This document shows, piece after piece, positions 1 to 10,639 of a stretch of 64,000 nucleotides of DNA. The notes below the pieces were generated by a model that was not told the DNA's origin, did not search any database, and saw only the letters and a list, made by a program, of their open reading frames with translations. Position numbers and translations under genes: made by a program. Each line of letters starts with the position of its first letter. Position 1 is the stretch's first letter. Source of the stretch: Elsinoe ampelina (Eukaryota); NCBI GenBank assembly GCA_010093995.1, contig ML992509.1, positions 480,178 through 544,177 on the forward strand. The letters are read 5' to 3'.

Positions 1-525
1 TCTTAAAATTACTTCTTATAAGAATAAGCCTTAAGTTCTCTAATATTAGCTAGTAGTAGTAGAAGATTGTCTTTTAATTCTAGCTTAGGCTAAGTTAGTG
101 TTATTAATAGATAAGTATTAAAGGCTTAGTAATATCTAGGAGCCTTATTAGTTTATATAAAAGTAGTAATATATATTTACCTTCTTAGTTTTCTTATTCT
201 TCTTATTATAAGAATATATTTAGAAAGAAGGTTAGCTAACCTTATAGTAATTCTTTAAGGGGGTTACTTAGGCTAAGCTTTAACTAGGGTAGTTTTTAGG
301 TTAGGTTAGGTACTAGAATTACTACCTATAACCTAACCTATAGCAATACTAGTACCCGAAGCTTAGTAACTATAACTCTCTAAGCCTTAGGTAGTATTAC
401 TTAGCCTTAGGTATATAGTTAGTTATAGTGTTACTTATAACACTACCTAATAGTACCTATAGGTGCCTAAGAGTCGAGGAGTAGATATATATCTTAAAAA
501 CTTAAGATTTAGAAATTAAAATTTA

Positions 526-698
526 TATAGGGGAGACTCGGTATATAGCTCTAGCTAAGTCTATTACGTAACGAACTCTCTCTAGCTGCCTTCTATATAG
601 CCTCCGGCTACTACGAATAAAGGTAGCTATTAGTTTATCTATCTATCTAGCTTATAGATATTGGTAGTTCTATACGTTACTATATACTTACCCTTATA
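526..698 (+). repeat. 5' LTR of gypsy element 1
   Basis: Direct repeat of 7807-7979, differing by transitions; termini TATAGGGG...CCCTTATA (RIPed TG...CA inverted ends). Confidence 0.92.
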
Positions 699-3600
699 GT
701 TCTAATAGCTCCCTTTAGTTGTAGTCTATAGAATTATTACTATAGACGATTAAATTATATAAGATTATTCTAATTCGAAACTCGTCTAGATAGATAGTAG
801 TATTATTAAGAACGTTTTACGTTCTTAGTTAAGAATGTTAGAAGAGCTAGGAGATAATAGAGATAGCCGAGAGAGACATACTTCTACTAGTAGTAATAGT
901 AGCCGCGTAGCTGTTATATTAAAAGCAATAATAGCCCGGCTAGACAAAGTTAAAAATTTAGTATAGGACTATAATCGACTTTAATATACTAGTACTACTC
1001 TAGCTAGAGGCCGGATAACTACCGAAGTAGTTCCTTTAGTACCTCTAGGGCTAGCATTAATAGGTCTACCTACTATAGGTTAATCTATAACGCTAACAAC
1101 TAGAGGGCTATTAACTAAGGCTAAGAAGCCGGAGCTATATAAGGCTAAGAGCATCTCTAAGGCTTAGGCCTTTAGAAGAAGCCTCTAGATAGTCTTTAAC
1201 TACGAACTAACGTAGTTCTCTAATCCGGAGAATTCGGACTAATAATATATTACTTACGTAGTAATATACCTTTCTCTATCTCTCTAGGAGATATAGGAAC
1301 ACCTCTATACGCTAGACTTAATAAACTAGCGTTGTCTCTTATACAAAGGGGACTTCTTAAGCTTTATTAACGATTAAGTAGAAGACTCTATTAACTAAGA
1401 GATAAACGTAGTTCTATCCTATTATAGCTACTACTAGAAGAATAATAAGAGCGTCTAGAAGTTCTCTAATTAATTAGTATCTCTAGAAGAGATAATCGAG
1501 CTAAAGTATAATAGTAAGTACCTAGCTTAGTATTACCTAGCTAAACTATTGCTCGATCTACGTAAGTAGATCCTATAGTTCTCTAATGTACTAACTACTT
1601 ATATAGAGCTTATTATATAAGTCTCTACTCTTAAGAACCTTACCTAGAGTAAAGACTATAACTAATAAAAGTACTATAGAGCCTCCTTAGAGGTATCTAG
1701 TAACAATTATAGAAAGCGCTCTAGAGGCGAGAGAGGAGATAAGTAGAAGAGTAAGGGCAAGAGTAAAAGCTAGTAGGGAGGTACTTACTAGGGGGCTAGC
1801 TATTAGGCTAGCGGCGGAAACGATCCCTAAGAGAGTCTTATAGGTAAGTGTTTCTACTATTATAAGAAAGAACACTACGCCTACTTCTGTCCTAAGAAGC
1901 TAGATTCGAGCCGGAATAGTAGTAGTAAGAGAGGTAGTAACATTAGAAACGTAAAGGTAGAGAGTAGTACGCCTATACCTACGTAACATATTATAGAACA
2001 CTAGAGGAGCCTACTCTAGAGCCGTAGAGCTCCTATAGTACTTCTAGTATAGGCTTACTTAAGCCTAGTTCTTAGCCTCGATAGTAAGGTTAAGGTTAAG
2101 ATACTCTTAGATAACGTAGCTAATATTAACGTTATTAACCTAGCGTTTATACTCTAGTATAACTTATAAAAGGCAGACGTAGAGTACTCTTAGGTAAGAG
2201 ACTTCTAGGGAAAGGAGGCTTACTATTATAGCGCCTACGAAGTAGACTTATACCTTATAAATAACACTAGAGTAACGTAAGAGTCGAAAGGCATTTTCTA
2301 TATATTAGAAACTAGCTCTCCTATTATCCTTAGTAGGCCGTAGTGTTATAACTAAGGTGTTATAATAGACAGCTATACTAACTAGTAGAGATATAGCTAT
2401 AACGTCGCTAGCGTTAGAGTAGTATAAGTAAAGAAGTTTATAAACCTCCTACTCGCTAGAAACTAAGGATTTACTCTAGTAGTGCCCGATATAACACTAG
2501 ATATAATAGTTCGGAAGGTAGCTAGATTCTCTATAGAAGAATTACCTAGCGAGGCTATAAACCTACTACTCTATATAAAAGAGTTTAGTAATATATTTAT
2601 TATTAACTCTATATATATATATACTATAGATAGTGTAGTATACTCTATCGATCTAATAGAAGAGAAATAACTTCCCTTCTAACCCCTTTATAACCTCTTA
2701 GTAAAGGAACTTATAGTGCTCTATAAGTACCTTAATAATATACTAGCTAAAGGATAGATCTATAGGTTAGAGAGTCTAGCTAGCGCGCTAATCCTTTTCG
2801 TTCTAAAGAAAGATAGTAGTCTACGCCTATACGTTAACTACTATAGCTTAAACGCTATTACTATTAAGAATTAATACTCTTTGCTCTTAATTAGTAAGAC
2901 GCTCGATAGGCTAGATAGAGTAGTAGTATACTCTAAGCTTAATCTAAAGGATATATACTACTATATTAGGATTAAGGCTAGAGACGAGTAGAAAACTACT
3001 TTCTAAACTTACTATAGCTACTTTAAGTACATAGTTATACCTTTTAGCTTAACTAACACCCTAGCTATATTCTAGGCCTATATTAACTAAGCACTTATAG
3101 GGCTAGTTAATAACTTCTATATAGTATATTTAGATAATATTCTAATCTATAGTAACTCTATAGAGAAGCACGAGAAGTACCTAGAGAAAGTACTAGAGAG
3201 GTTAAGGCAGTTCGTGTTATACGCGAACCTAAAGAAGTATAACTTCTTTAAAAAGGAAGTTAAGTTCTTAGGCTTTATAGTAACTACCGAGAGAGTTATA
3301 ATAGACCCCTAGAGAGTTTTCGTAATTGTAGATTAGCTAACTTCTTAGAGCTACTACGAGGTTTAGTAGTTTCTTAGCTTTACTAACTTCTATCGAAGGT
3401 TTATCTAGAACTATTTAAAGATTATAGAGCTCTTAATAGCGTTATTTAAGAGATTATAGAAAGGAAAGTAATTAGCACTCTAGAAGTAGGCTACCCCGGA
3501 ATAAAAGGTATTTAAGGCTATCTAGAAGGCCTTTACTAAGGCGCTAGTACTTAGGCACTATAAGCTGTCTAGGCTAATTAAGATTAAGACTAATATATCT

Positions 3601-6600
3601 AAGTAGGCGCTCGAAGCAATTATCTCCTAGTTAGTTCTAGTTAGGGACACTAGTAAATAGTACCCTATTACTTTCTAGTCTTATAAGCTACTCTCTATAG
3701 AATAGAACTACGAGACCTATAATTAGGAGCTTCTCTCTATTATAGAGGTATTTAAGCAGTAGAGATACTACTATAAGAGTACTCTAGACCTAGTCCGGGT
3801 AATCTCTAATTATAATAACCTAAGGTACTTTATAACGACTAAGTATTTAAATAGTCGCTAGGCCCGGTAGGCTATATATCTATAGGTATTTAACTTTGTA
3901 ATTAAGTACTACGCGGGCTTTAAGAACCTAGCAAATACTCCCTTATATTATCTAGACCTAATAGTAGACAAGATAGGCCTTATAAATAGCCTACTAACTT
4001 TGTAGTTAAAGCTAAGAGCTAGCTAGCTAGCCGTAGGTAGTATAGTGTAGCGGATCTATATATCCTTACTAAAACGCTTAAAGGGCGCCACTTTAGAAGA
4101 AGGTATAGACGTAACTGTCTGCGTAGTATATACTAGTTATTTAGACATAAACGAGAACTAGAAGAACTCTAAGAGGTTTCTAGAAAATAAGTCTAAATAT
4201 AAAGAAGACGCTAAGGACGCTAGAGGTAGTTCCCTAGAAGCTAACTAGCCTAACTAGCTATAAAGTAAGTAGTTAAAGCGTAGAGAGGTAAGGCTATACT
4301 AATTAGATATAATACTAAGATTAATATCTTATATTACTACTATAGTAGTAATAGAAGAGGAAAATCTATAGAGAGAAAGTTCTAGTAACTAGCTTCTCGA
4401 AGCTATCTATAGTCTATAGAAGTAAGATTTAATAGCGTAGTAGCGCGCGAACCTCCCTATTTAAAGAGCTAATAGAGGCTCCTTAGTATAGTATTAGAAG
4501 AGCAAACTTCTATATAAGGATAATACTATATATATACTAGAAGATATAGTACTCCGTATAAAGTTACTATAGTAGCACTATAATAAGTTTAATAGTAGTT
4601 ACTTCGCTTATAATAAAACATATAAACTCTTAGCTAGAAAGTACTACTAGCCTAGTATATATTATAACGTCGATAACTACGTTAAGACGTGCTATGTTTA
4701 CTAAACTATAAAGACTCGAACTTATACCTCTTATAGTAAGCTTATAAATTTACTAATGCCTAAGGCGCTATAGAAAGAATTAATAATAGACTTTATTATA
4801 GATATGTCTCTAAGTAAGCTAAATAGCGTCGTATACGACGTAGTACTTATAGTAGTAAATCGACTTACTAAGATAGTAAAGTATATCCCGTGCTAGAAGA
4901 CAATTATAGCCTAGTAGCTTACCGAGCTATTTTTTAATCGAATTATACTAGAGTATAGTATTCTAGAAGGAGTAGTATTAGACTATAGAATAGTCTTTAC
5001 TACGGCCTATTAGTAAATGTTTATCTACGAATTACGATTTATAAGGCGTTTATTAACTACTTTCTACCCTTAAACGGATAGATAAATAGAATAACAAAAT
5101 AGATCTCTAATCTAGTATCTACGCTATTATAGAGCATAGGACTAATTAGATTAGTCTTACTAGTTAAAGATAGTAGCTTACGCGGTAAACATCTTCTAGA
5201 ATAAGATATTATAAATGTCCCTATTCGAGATATATACTAGTAAGGATGCTAAGGGAGATCCGAATAGAGACTAAGAGCGTTCCCCTTAGAGAGGAGTACT
5301 AGCTATATAAGATTATATAGCTGCTCTAGTCTCGATAAGGTAGAGCTTATAGAAGTGCTAGAAGTAAGCTTAGAAGTAGTAGAAGGACTCCTATAATAAG
5401 TAGTATAAGCTAATATTCTTTAATATAGAAGATAGAGTTCTTCTATCTACTAAGAATCTAAGGCTAAAGGTAGTAAAACATAAGCTAGCGCCGAAGTACT
5501 TTAGACTATTTAAGGTACTAAATTCCGTAGGAGCCTAGGTATACTAGTTGTAGTTACTAGAGAAGTCCCGTATCTACGACGTGTTCTACGTCTTCTTACT
5601 TAAGCTATATAACTCCTATAGAAGTACCGAGGTAGATCCGGGGCTAGTCGAGGTAGATAATAGTATAGAATATAAGGTAGAGTAGATCTTAGAGTATAGT
5701 CGGTAGAAAGAAGGCACATTCCTAAAGGTGCTCTAGAAAGGCTATATCTTATTAAAGGCAACCTAGGAACTAGAAGAAGTATTAGAGAATGCCTTAGAGG
5801 TAGTAACTAAGTACTAGGCGAATGTTAGCTAGAAGGCTAATAGAAGAGTTATAAAGAGAGCGTAGAGATAAATATAAGTAGTATAGACTATATATTTTAA
5901 GAATCTATCTACTATAACTCTCTAACTCTACGCTTAGAGTACTAACTACCTAGTCTTACTTAGTGCTACTCTACTTAGCGGTATAAAGGGTATTCTTATA
6001 CGTATTCTAGTAGGTAGCAACGACGGGGTTCTCTACCCTAGACCTTAGCTATAGGTTAGCCTTATAAGCTACTAGATTCTCTATAGTCTTATTACTAAAG
6101 TTAGGTATCTTATAGGTACTAACGGTAAAGGTATAGAGATTATCTATAGAGAGAATAGTAATAAGGAAGTACCTAATAGCGTAGTAGTAGTTAGCTATAG
6201 CCTAACGAGCGTTACTACCCTTAAGAAGCTTAAGAGACTTAGCTAGTAGGTCGATATAACGCTAATAAGTCTTATTACTACTAAAGAACGTAAGGGAGCA
6301 AGTCTCGAGAGCGAAGTAGTTAACTATAGAACTAGCGTAGAAGCTAACTAAATTACTAGCGGAAGCTTCGTAAGCTTAGGTACTTATAGGCAGATTACGC
6401 CTAATAGTACTACTAGAAGAGATAAAGCCCTTATTATTACTATTAGTATTAGTGTTAGCTATATTAGTGTTATAGTTTAAGTAAGAAGAGTAGTAGATAG
6501 AGGTAGCTAGCGTAGTAGCCTAGGTACCCTTACTAGAGGATATAGTAGACTTCTTAGCTAGAGTAGTAAGTTTCTTAGCCTTAGGCTTCTTAGAAGTAGT

Positions 6601-7806
6601 AGGCTTAATAGGCTTCTTAGGCTCTAGAGACCTAGTAGTCTCCTTAGCCTTATACTTCTTCCTATAGATATCTATATAGAAGAGAATTAGAGCTACTAGG
6701 AGGTTCTTACTAGAGTAGTACTATAGATAAGTTAGTAGTAAAGAATACTCTTAATAAGGTTAACACCTATAGTATAGAGAATAGTAGCAACGTTCTTAAT
6801 AGTAAGGCGTAAGCTATGTATTTTAGTAACCTTAGTATACTCTAAGTCCTCCCTCTAGAGAGAGGTAATATTAGTACTAGCGTAAGTGTCCTATATACTC
6901 TTAGTCTACTTACGTTCCTTAACGAGGTTTATAGCCTCGATATACTCGTTAGTATAGTAGTTATACTTCTTAATAGATATAAGGTTAATAGAGTTCTAGT
7001 AGATATAGTTATAGTACTAGATAGCGCTATAGGCGTTATTAACGTAGTCTAGTAGAATAGCGTTATTAATGTTATAGTAAGCGACCTTTATATACTTATA
7101 GCAAGTGTAAGTCTTAGTAACCCTTAGGTCGTAGTTATAGGGGACATCTAGTAAATATTAGTAGTGTCTCCGGAGAACTACTAGTAGAGTGCTAGAGACT
7201 TACTAATTATATCTCCGACGTAGTTACTATAGTAGTAGTAAGGGGTAATATATAGTAGTAGCGCCTAAGAAGCTCTAGGAGCTATAGTACTTACTAAGGT
7301 ATTTAAGAAGCTATATATAGAAAGGACTAATATATTAGAGCGTAAGAGGTGCCTATATAGGCGCGTTCTATTTACTATATAATATAACAAATATAGAAGG
7401 TAGATTTATACGCGTCGCTATCTCCTAGGAGATAGTAGTATTATCTAAGAATTAACGTTATAAAGTGTTAATATATAATACTTGCTCGGGACCTCTAAGG
7501 AAGTTCTATATAGTAAATAAACTAATTCTATATGTTTACTAAAGCACTAGTTATTTCTTAAAGTAATAAATACTTTAGCTTATAATATAAAGAATAGCTA
7601 TTAAAGGAGAGCTACGTTTGCCTTAATATATTAGTGTCGTTAGTAAATAAAGGTATAACAGATATAGAAAGTAAATAAAGAAGCTAAGTTCTTCCCCTAT
7701 ATAAGGAATACTAACTTACTCTTATAGGAGAGGCCTATAATAGCAATTAGAGGCCTATAAAGGATATAGTTTAATCGAGAGCGATTAAATATAGAGAGGG
7801 GATAAT

Positions 7807-7979
7807 TATAGAGGAGACTTAGTATATAGCTCTAGCTAAGTCTATTACGTAATAAACTCTCTCTAGCTACCTTCTATATAGTCTCTAGCTACTATAAATA
7901 AAGGTAGCTATTAGTTTATCTATCTATCTAGCTTATAGATATCGGTGGTTCTATACGTTACTATATACCTACCCTTATA
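7807..7979 (+). repeat. 3' LTR of gypsy element 1
   Basis: Same length (173 bp) and sequence as 526-698; preceded by a polypurine tract. Confidence 0.92.
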
Positions 7980-7988
7980 GTTATATAT

Positions 7989-9107
7989 AATATTAAGATA
8001 CGCTAGAATTTAACATATAATATATATAAGTAAGTATTAAAGCTTAAACCTTTTATTAAGAATTAGCTTAAGAATAAGACTATACTTCGAGTACTAAGAA
8101 CTTCTTCTAAGGTATTAATATCTAAACTACTCTCTAACGTTAATAACTACGACCTTACTAAGTTATTACTTAATCCGAATAAGTAGTAGCATCTTAAATC
8201 TATTATAGTAATACTAGAGAACTTTAAGAAAGTAATAATATAGCTAAGTACTAGTAGCTAACCTCTTCTTTAGTATATATAGATAATATATAATACACTC
8301 TTTAACTTCTTAGATAAAATTAAAAAGGGCCTAATTAGTACTAAGGATTATAACAATCTACTTATATAGCTAGCTACTATATAAAAGGTAGTAGTAAAGG
8401 GACAAGAGAAGCTTAAGAAATACTATATATAAACTAAGGACAGGAAGGGCATACTCTATAACTATATAACAATTCTTAACTCCTCTAAGAAGCTTATAGT
8501 ATATAATGTAAATGCCTATAGTCTTTTTAGTAAGTAGTAGCTAATAATACTTAAGATATAGAGACTTAGGAACCTTACTATAAAGACTACTATTATAAGA
8601 AGTTCTTATAGTACCTTCGTTAGTATAATAAGATAGACCTCTTAATTACTTTACTAGCCTCTACCTCTAAGCTATTATATTACTAGTAACGAGACTAGTT
8701 TAACCGACCGAAACGAAAGAAGTAAGGTTATACCCTATTACTATAAAGTAATAGTCTATACTTCTTATTTATTCCCTCGAAGCGTACTATAGTTAAAGAA
8801 GGTAAGAACTACCTTATAACACTACTAGTTCGTATTTAGAAACTTAATGTCTTATAGTAGTAGAAAGAGAAGGAGAAAGAATATCTATTACTATTACATA
8901 TAGCAAAAGATATTCTAGTAATCCTAATTATAGAGGTTAGAGTCGAGTAAGTATTTAATATTATAAAGGATATTATTAGTGCGCGGAGGTATAAATTAGT
9001 AGCCTAAACTATTTAGTAGCTTATAATATTAAAGTATAAGCTTAAAGTAGCCTCGCTATTAGGATAGATTAATATAGAACTAGAGATAGAGGATAAGGCT
9101 ACTAATG
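7989..9107 (+). pseudogene. C-terminal half of hAT transposase, RIP-inactivated
   Basis: AAT ATT AAG ATA CGC TAG AAT TTA ACA TAT = D-V-E-T-R-W-N-S-T-Y (7989-8018). Dimerisation domain W-W-K-E-K-E-K-E-Y-P..M-A-K-D-I-L-A-I-P..G-V-E-R-V-F..R-R-H-K-L (8858-9025). Confidence 0.85.
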
Positions 9108-9292
9108 NNNNNNNNNNNNNNNNNNNNNNNNNNNNNNNNNNNNNNNNNNNNNNNNNNNNNNNNNNNNNNNNNNNNNNNNNNNNNNNNNNNNNNNNNNNNN
9201 NNNNNNNNNNNNNNNNNNNNNNNNNNNNNNNNNNNNNNNNNNNNNNNNNNNNNNNNNNNNNNNNNNNNNNNNNNNNNNNNNNNNNNNNNNNN
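9108..9292. other. Assembly gap (N run)
   Basis: Run of N bases. Confidence 1.
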
Positions 9293-9836
9293 ATTTGTAA
9301 GGTATAGTAACGCGCTAAGCTATAGAGTAAGCGCTTTAACTACTAACCTATTAGGTACTATTAGGTAGGTACTAGGTTAGGTACCTCTCTCTTAAGGGCG
9401 ATACTATAACTATATACTAACTCTACCTACCTTAGTATAGTACCTAACCTAGAGTAACCCCTCTCTACTAAGCTTTTATACCTAACCCCTACCTAACGTA
9501 GTACTATATCTACCTAAAAACTACTCTAGCTTTAACTACCCCTTTAGTCTAAACTTCTATCTTATCTCCTTTAGCTTTATCTCCTCCTAGTAGTAGAGGA
9601 GATAGCTATACTACTATAGATAGTAGTAAGGCTAGAGCATTAAAGAACTATTTATTTAGTAAAGATTCCTAGATCTAAGCTAGGTTTAGATCTAGAATAG
9701 CCTTATCTAATTAGTCTAATAGAGGTAGTAACTAATCTAGTATAATAGAGTAACTTTTATCTAGCTACTAAGATAGGCTTAGTCCTTAATCTAGATTGCT
9801 CTAACTTAGAGTCTAAGATAGTATCTAGTTTAGTTA

Positions 9837-9883
9837 CTAAACTAGATTCTAAACTAGATACTAAACTAGATACTAAACTAGAT
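9837..9883. repeat. 12-bp tandem repeat (CTAAACTAGATA/T, about 4 copies) in the copia IN-RT spacer
   Basis: Directly visible tandem units. Confidence 0.7.
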
Positions 9884-9988
9884 TTAGTTTAGTTGTTCCC
9901 TCTACTTTATATACCTCTTTAGATTTATTAACCTTCTATAGAAGCCTTAGTAGATTAAGTAATCTAATTAGTTTTAGCTAAGGTTATT

Positions 9989-10639
9989 NNNNNNNNNNNN
10001 NNNNNNNNNNNNNNNNNNNNNNNNNNNNNNNNNNNNNNNNNNNNNNNNNNNNNNNNNNNNNNNNNNNNNNNNNNNNNNNNNNNNNNNNNNNNNNNNNNNN
10101 NNNNNNNNNNNNNNNNNNNNNNNNNNNNNNNNNNNNNNNNNNNNNNNNNNNNNNNNNNNNNNNNNNNNNNNNNNNNNNNNNNNNNNNNNNNNNNNNNNNN
10201 NNNNNNNNNNNNNNNNNNNNNNNNNNNNNNNNNNNNNNNNNNNNNNNNNNNNNNNNNNNNNNNNNNNNNNNNNNNNNNNNNNNNNNNNNNNNNNNNNNNN
10301 NNNNNNNNNNNNNNNNNNNNNNNNNNNNNNNNNNNNNNNNNNNNNNNNNNNNNNNNNNNNNNNNNNNNNNNNNNNNNNNNNNNNNNNNNNNNNNNNNNNN
10401 NNNNNNNNNNNNNNNNNNNNNNNNNNNNNNNNNNNNNNNNNNNNNNNNNNNNNNNNNNNNNNNNNNNNNNNNNNNNNNNNNNNNNNNNNNNNNNNNNNNN
10501 NNNNNNNNNNNNNNNNNNNNNNNNNNNNNNNNNNNNNNNNNNNNNNNNNNNNNNNNNNNNNNNNNNNNNNNNNNNNNNNNNNNNNNNNNNNNNNNNNNNN
10601 NNNNNNNNNNNNNNNNNNNNNNNNNNNNNNNNNNNNNNN
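9989..10639. other. Assembly gap (N run)
   Basis: Run of N bases. Confidence 1.

Larger units (their letters stand above)
526..7979 (+). mobile_element. RIP-degenerate Ty3/gypsy chromovirus LTR retrotransposon (full length, ~7.45 kb)
   Basis: Paired 173-bp LTRs; PPT AGAGAGGGGA before the 3' LTR. De-RIPed motifs in gypsy order: CX2CX4HX4C (1849-1890), protease LLD (~2104), RT LFVPKKDGSLRLCVDYR-like (~2794) and YLD(N/D) (3127-3138), RNaseH ETDAS-like (~3586), integrase MDFI (~4786) and FHPQTDGQTE-like (~5062), chromodomain EYEVEQIL..WKGY..TWEP-like (5668-5780). Confidence 0.95.
285..9528 (+). mobile_element. RIP-degenerate hAT-family DNA transposon (contains nested gypsy element and an assembly gap)
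   Basis: 17-bp TIRs TAGGGTAGTTTTTAGGT (285-301) and ACCTAAAAACTACTCTA (9512-9528, one transition). Identical 8-bp flanking duplication GCTTTAAC at 277-284 and 9529-9536. Shared inverted subterminal motifs such as CTACCTAATAGTACCTA. hAT transposase motifs inside. Confidence 0.9.

Noticed and set aside
240..470. TTAGG/CCTAA-rich tracts resembling telomeric repeats (also 9340-9520)
   Set aside because: Not tandem TTAGGG; explained as RIPed subterminal repeats of the hAT element.
1687..2670. Short ORFs 1687-1875 (-) and 2482-2670 (+)
   Set aside because: Stop-free fragments within the RIPed gypsy gag/pol region, not independent genes.
6855..6914. Apparent minus-strand intron (GTAAGT..ACTAAT..TAG) in the gypsy 1 antisense frame
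   Set aside because: The frame reads through it, and splicing at these sites would shift phase; shows that RIPed DNA can mimic splice signals.
9105..9368. 87-aa ORF of X residues
   Set aside because: Artefact of the N gap.
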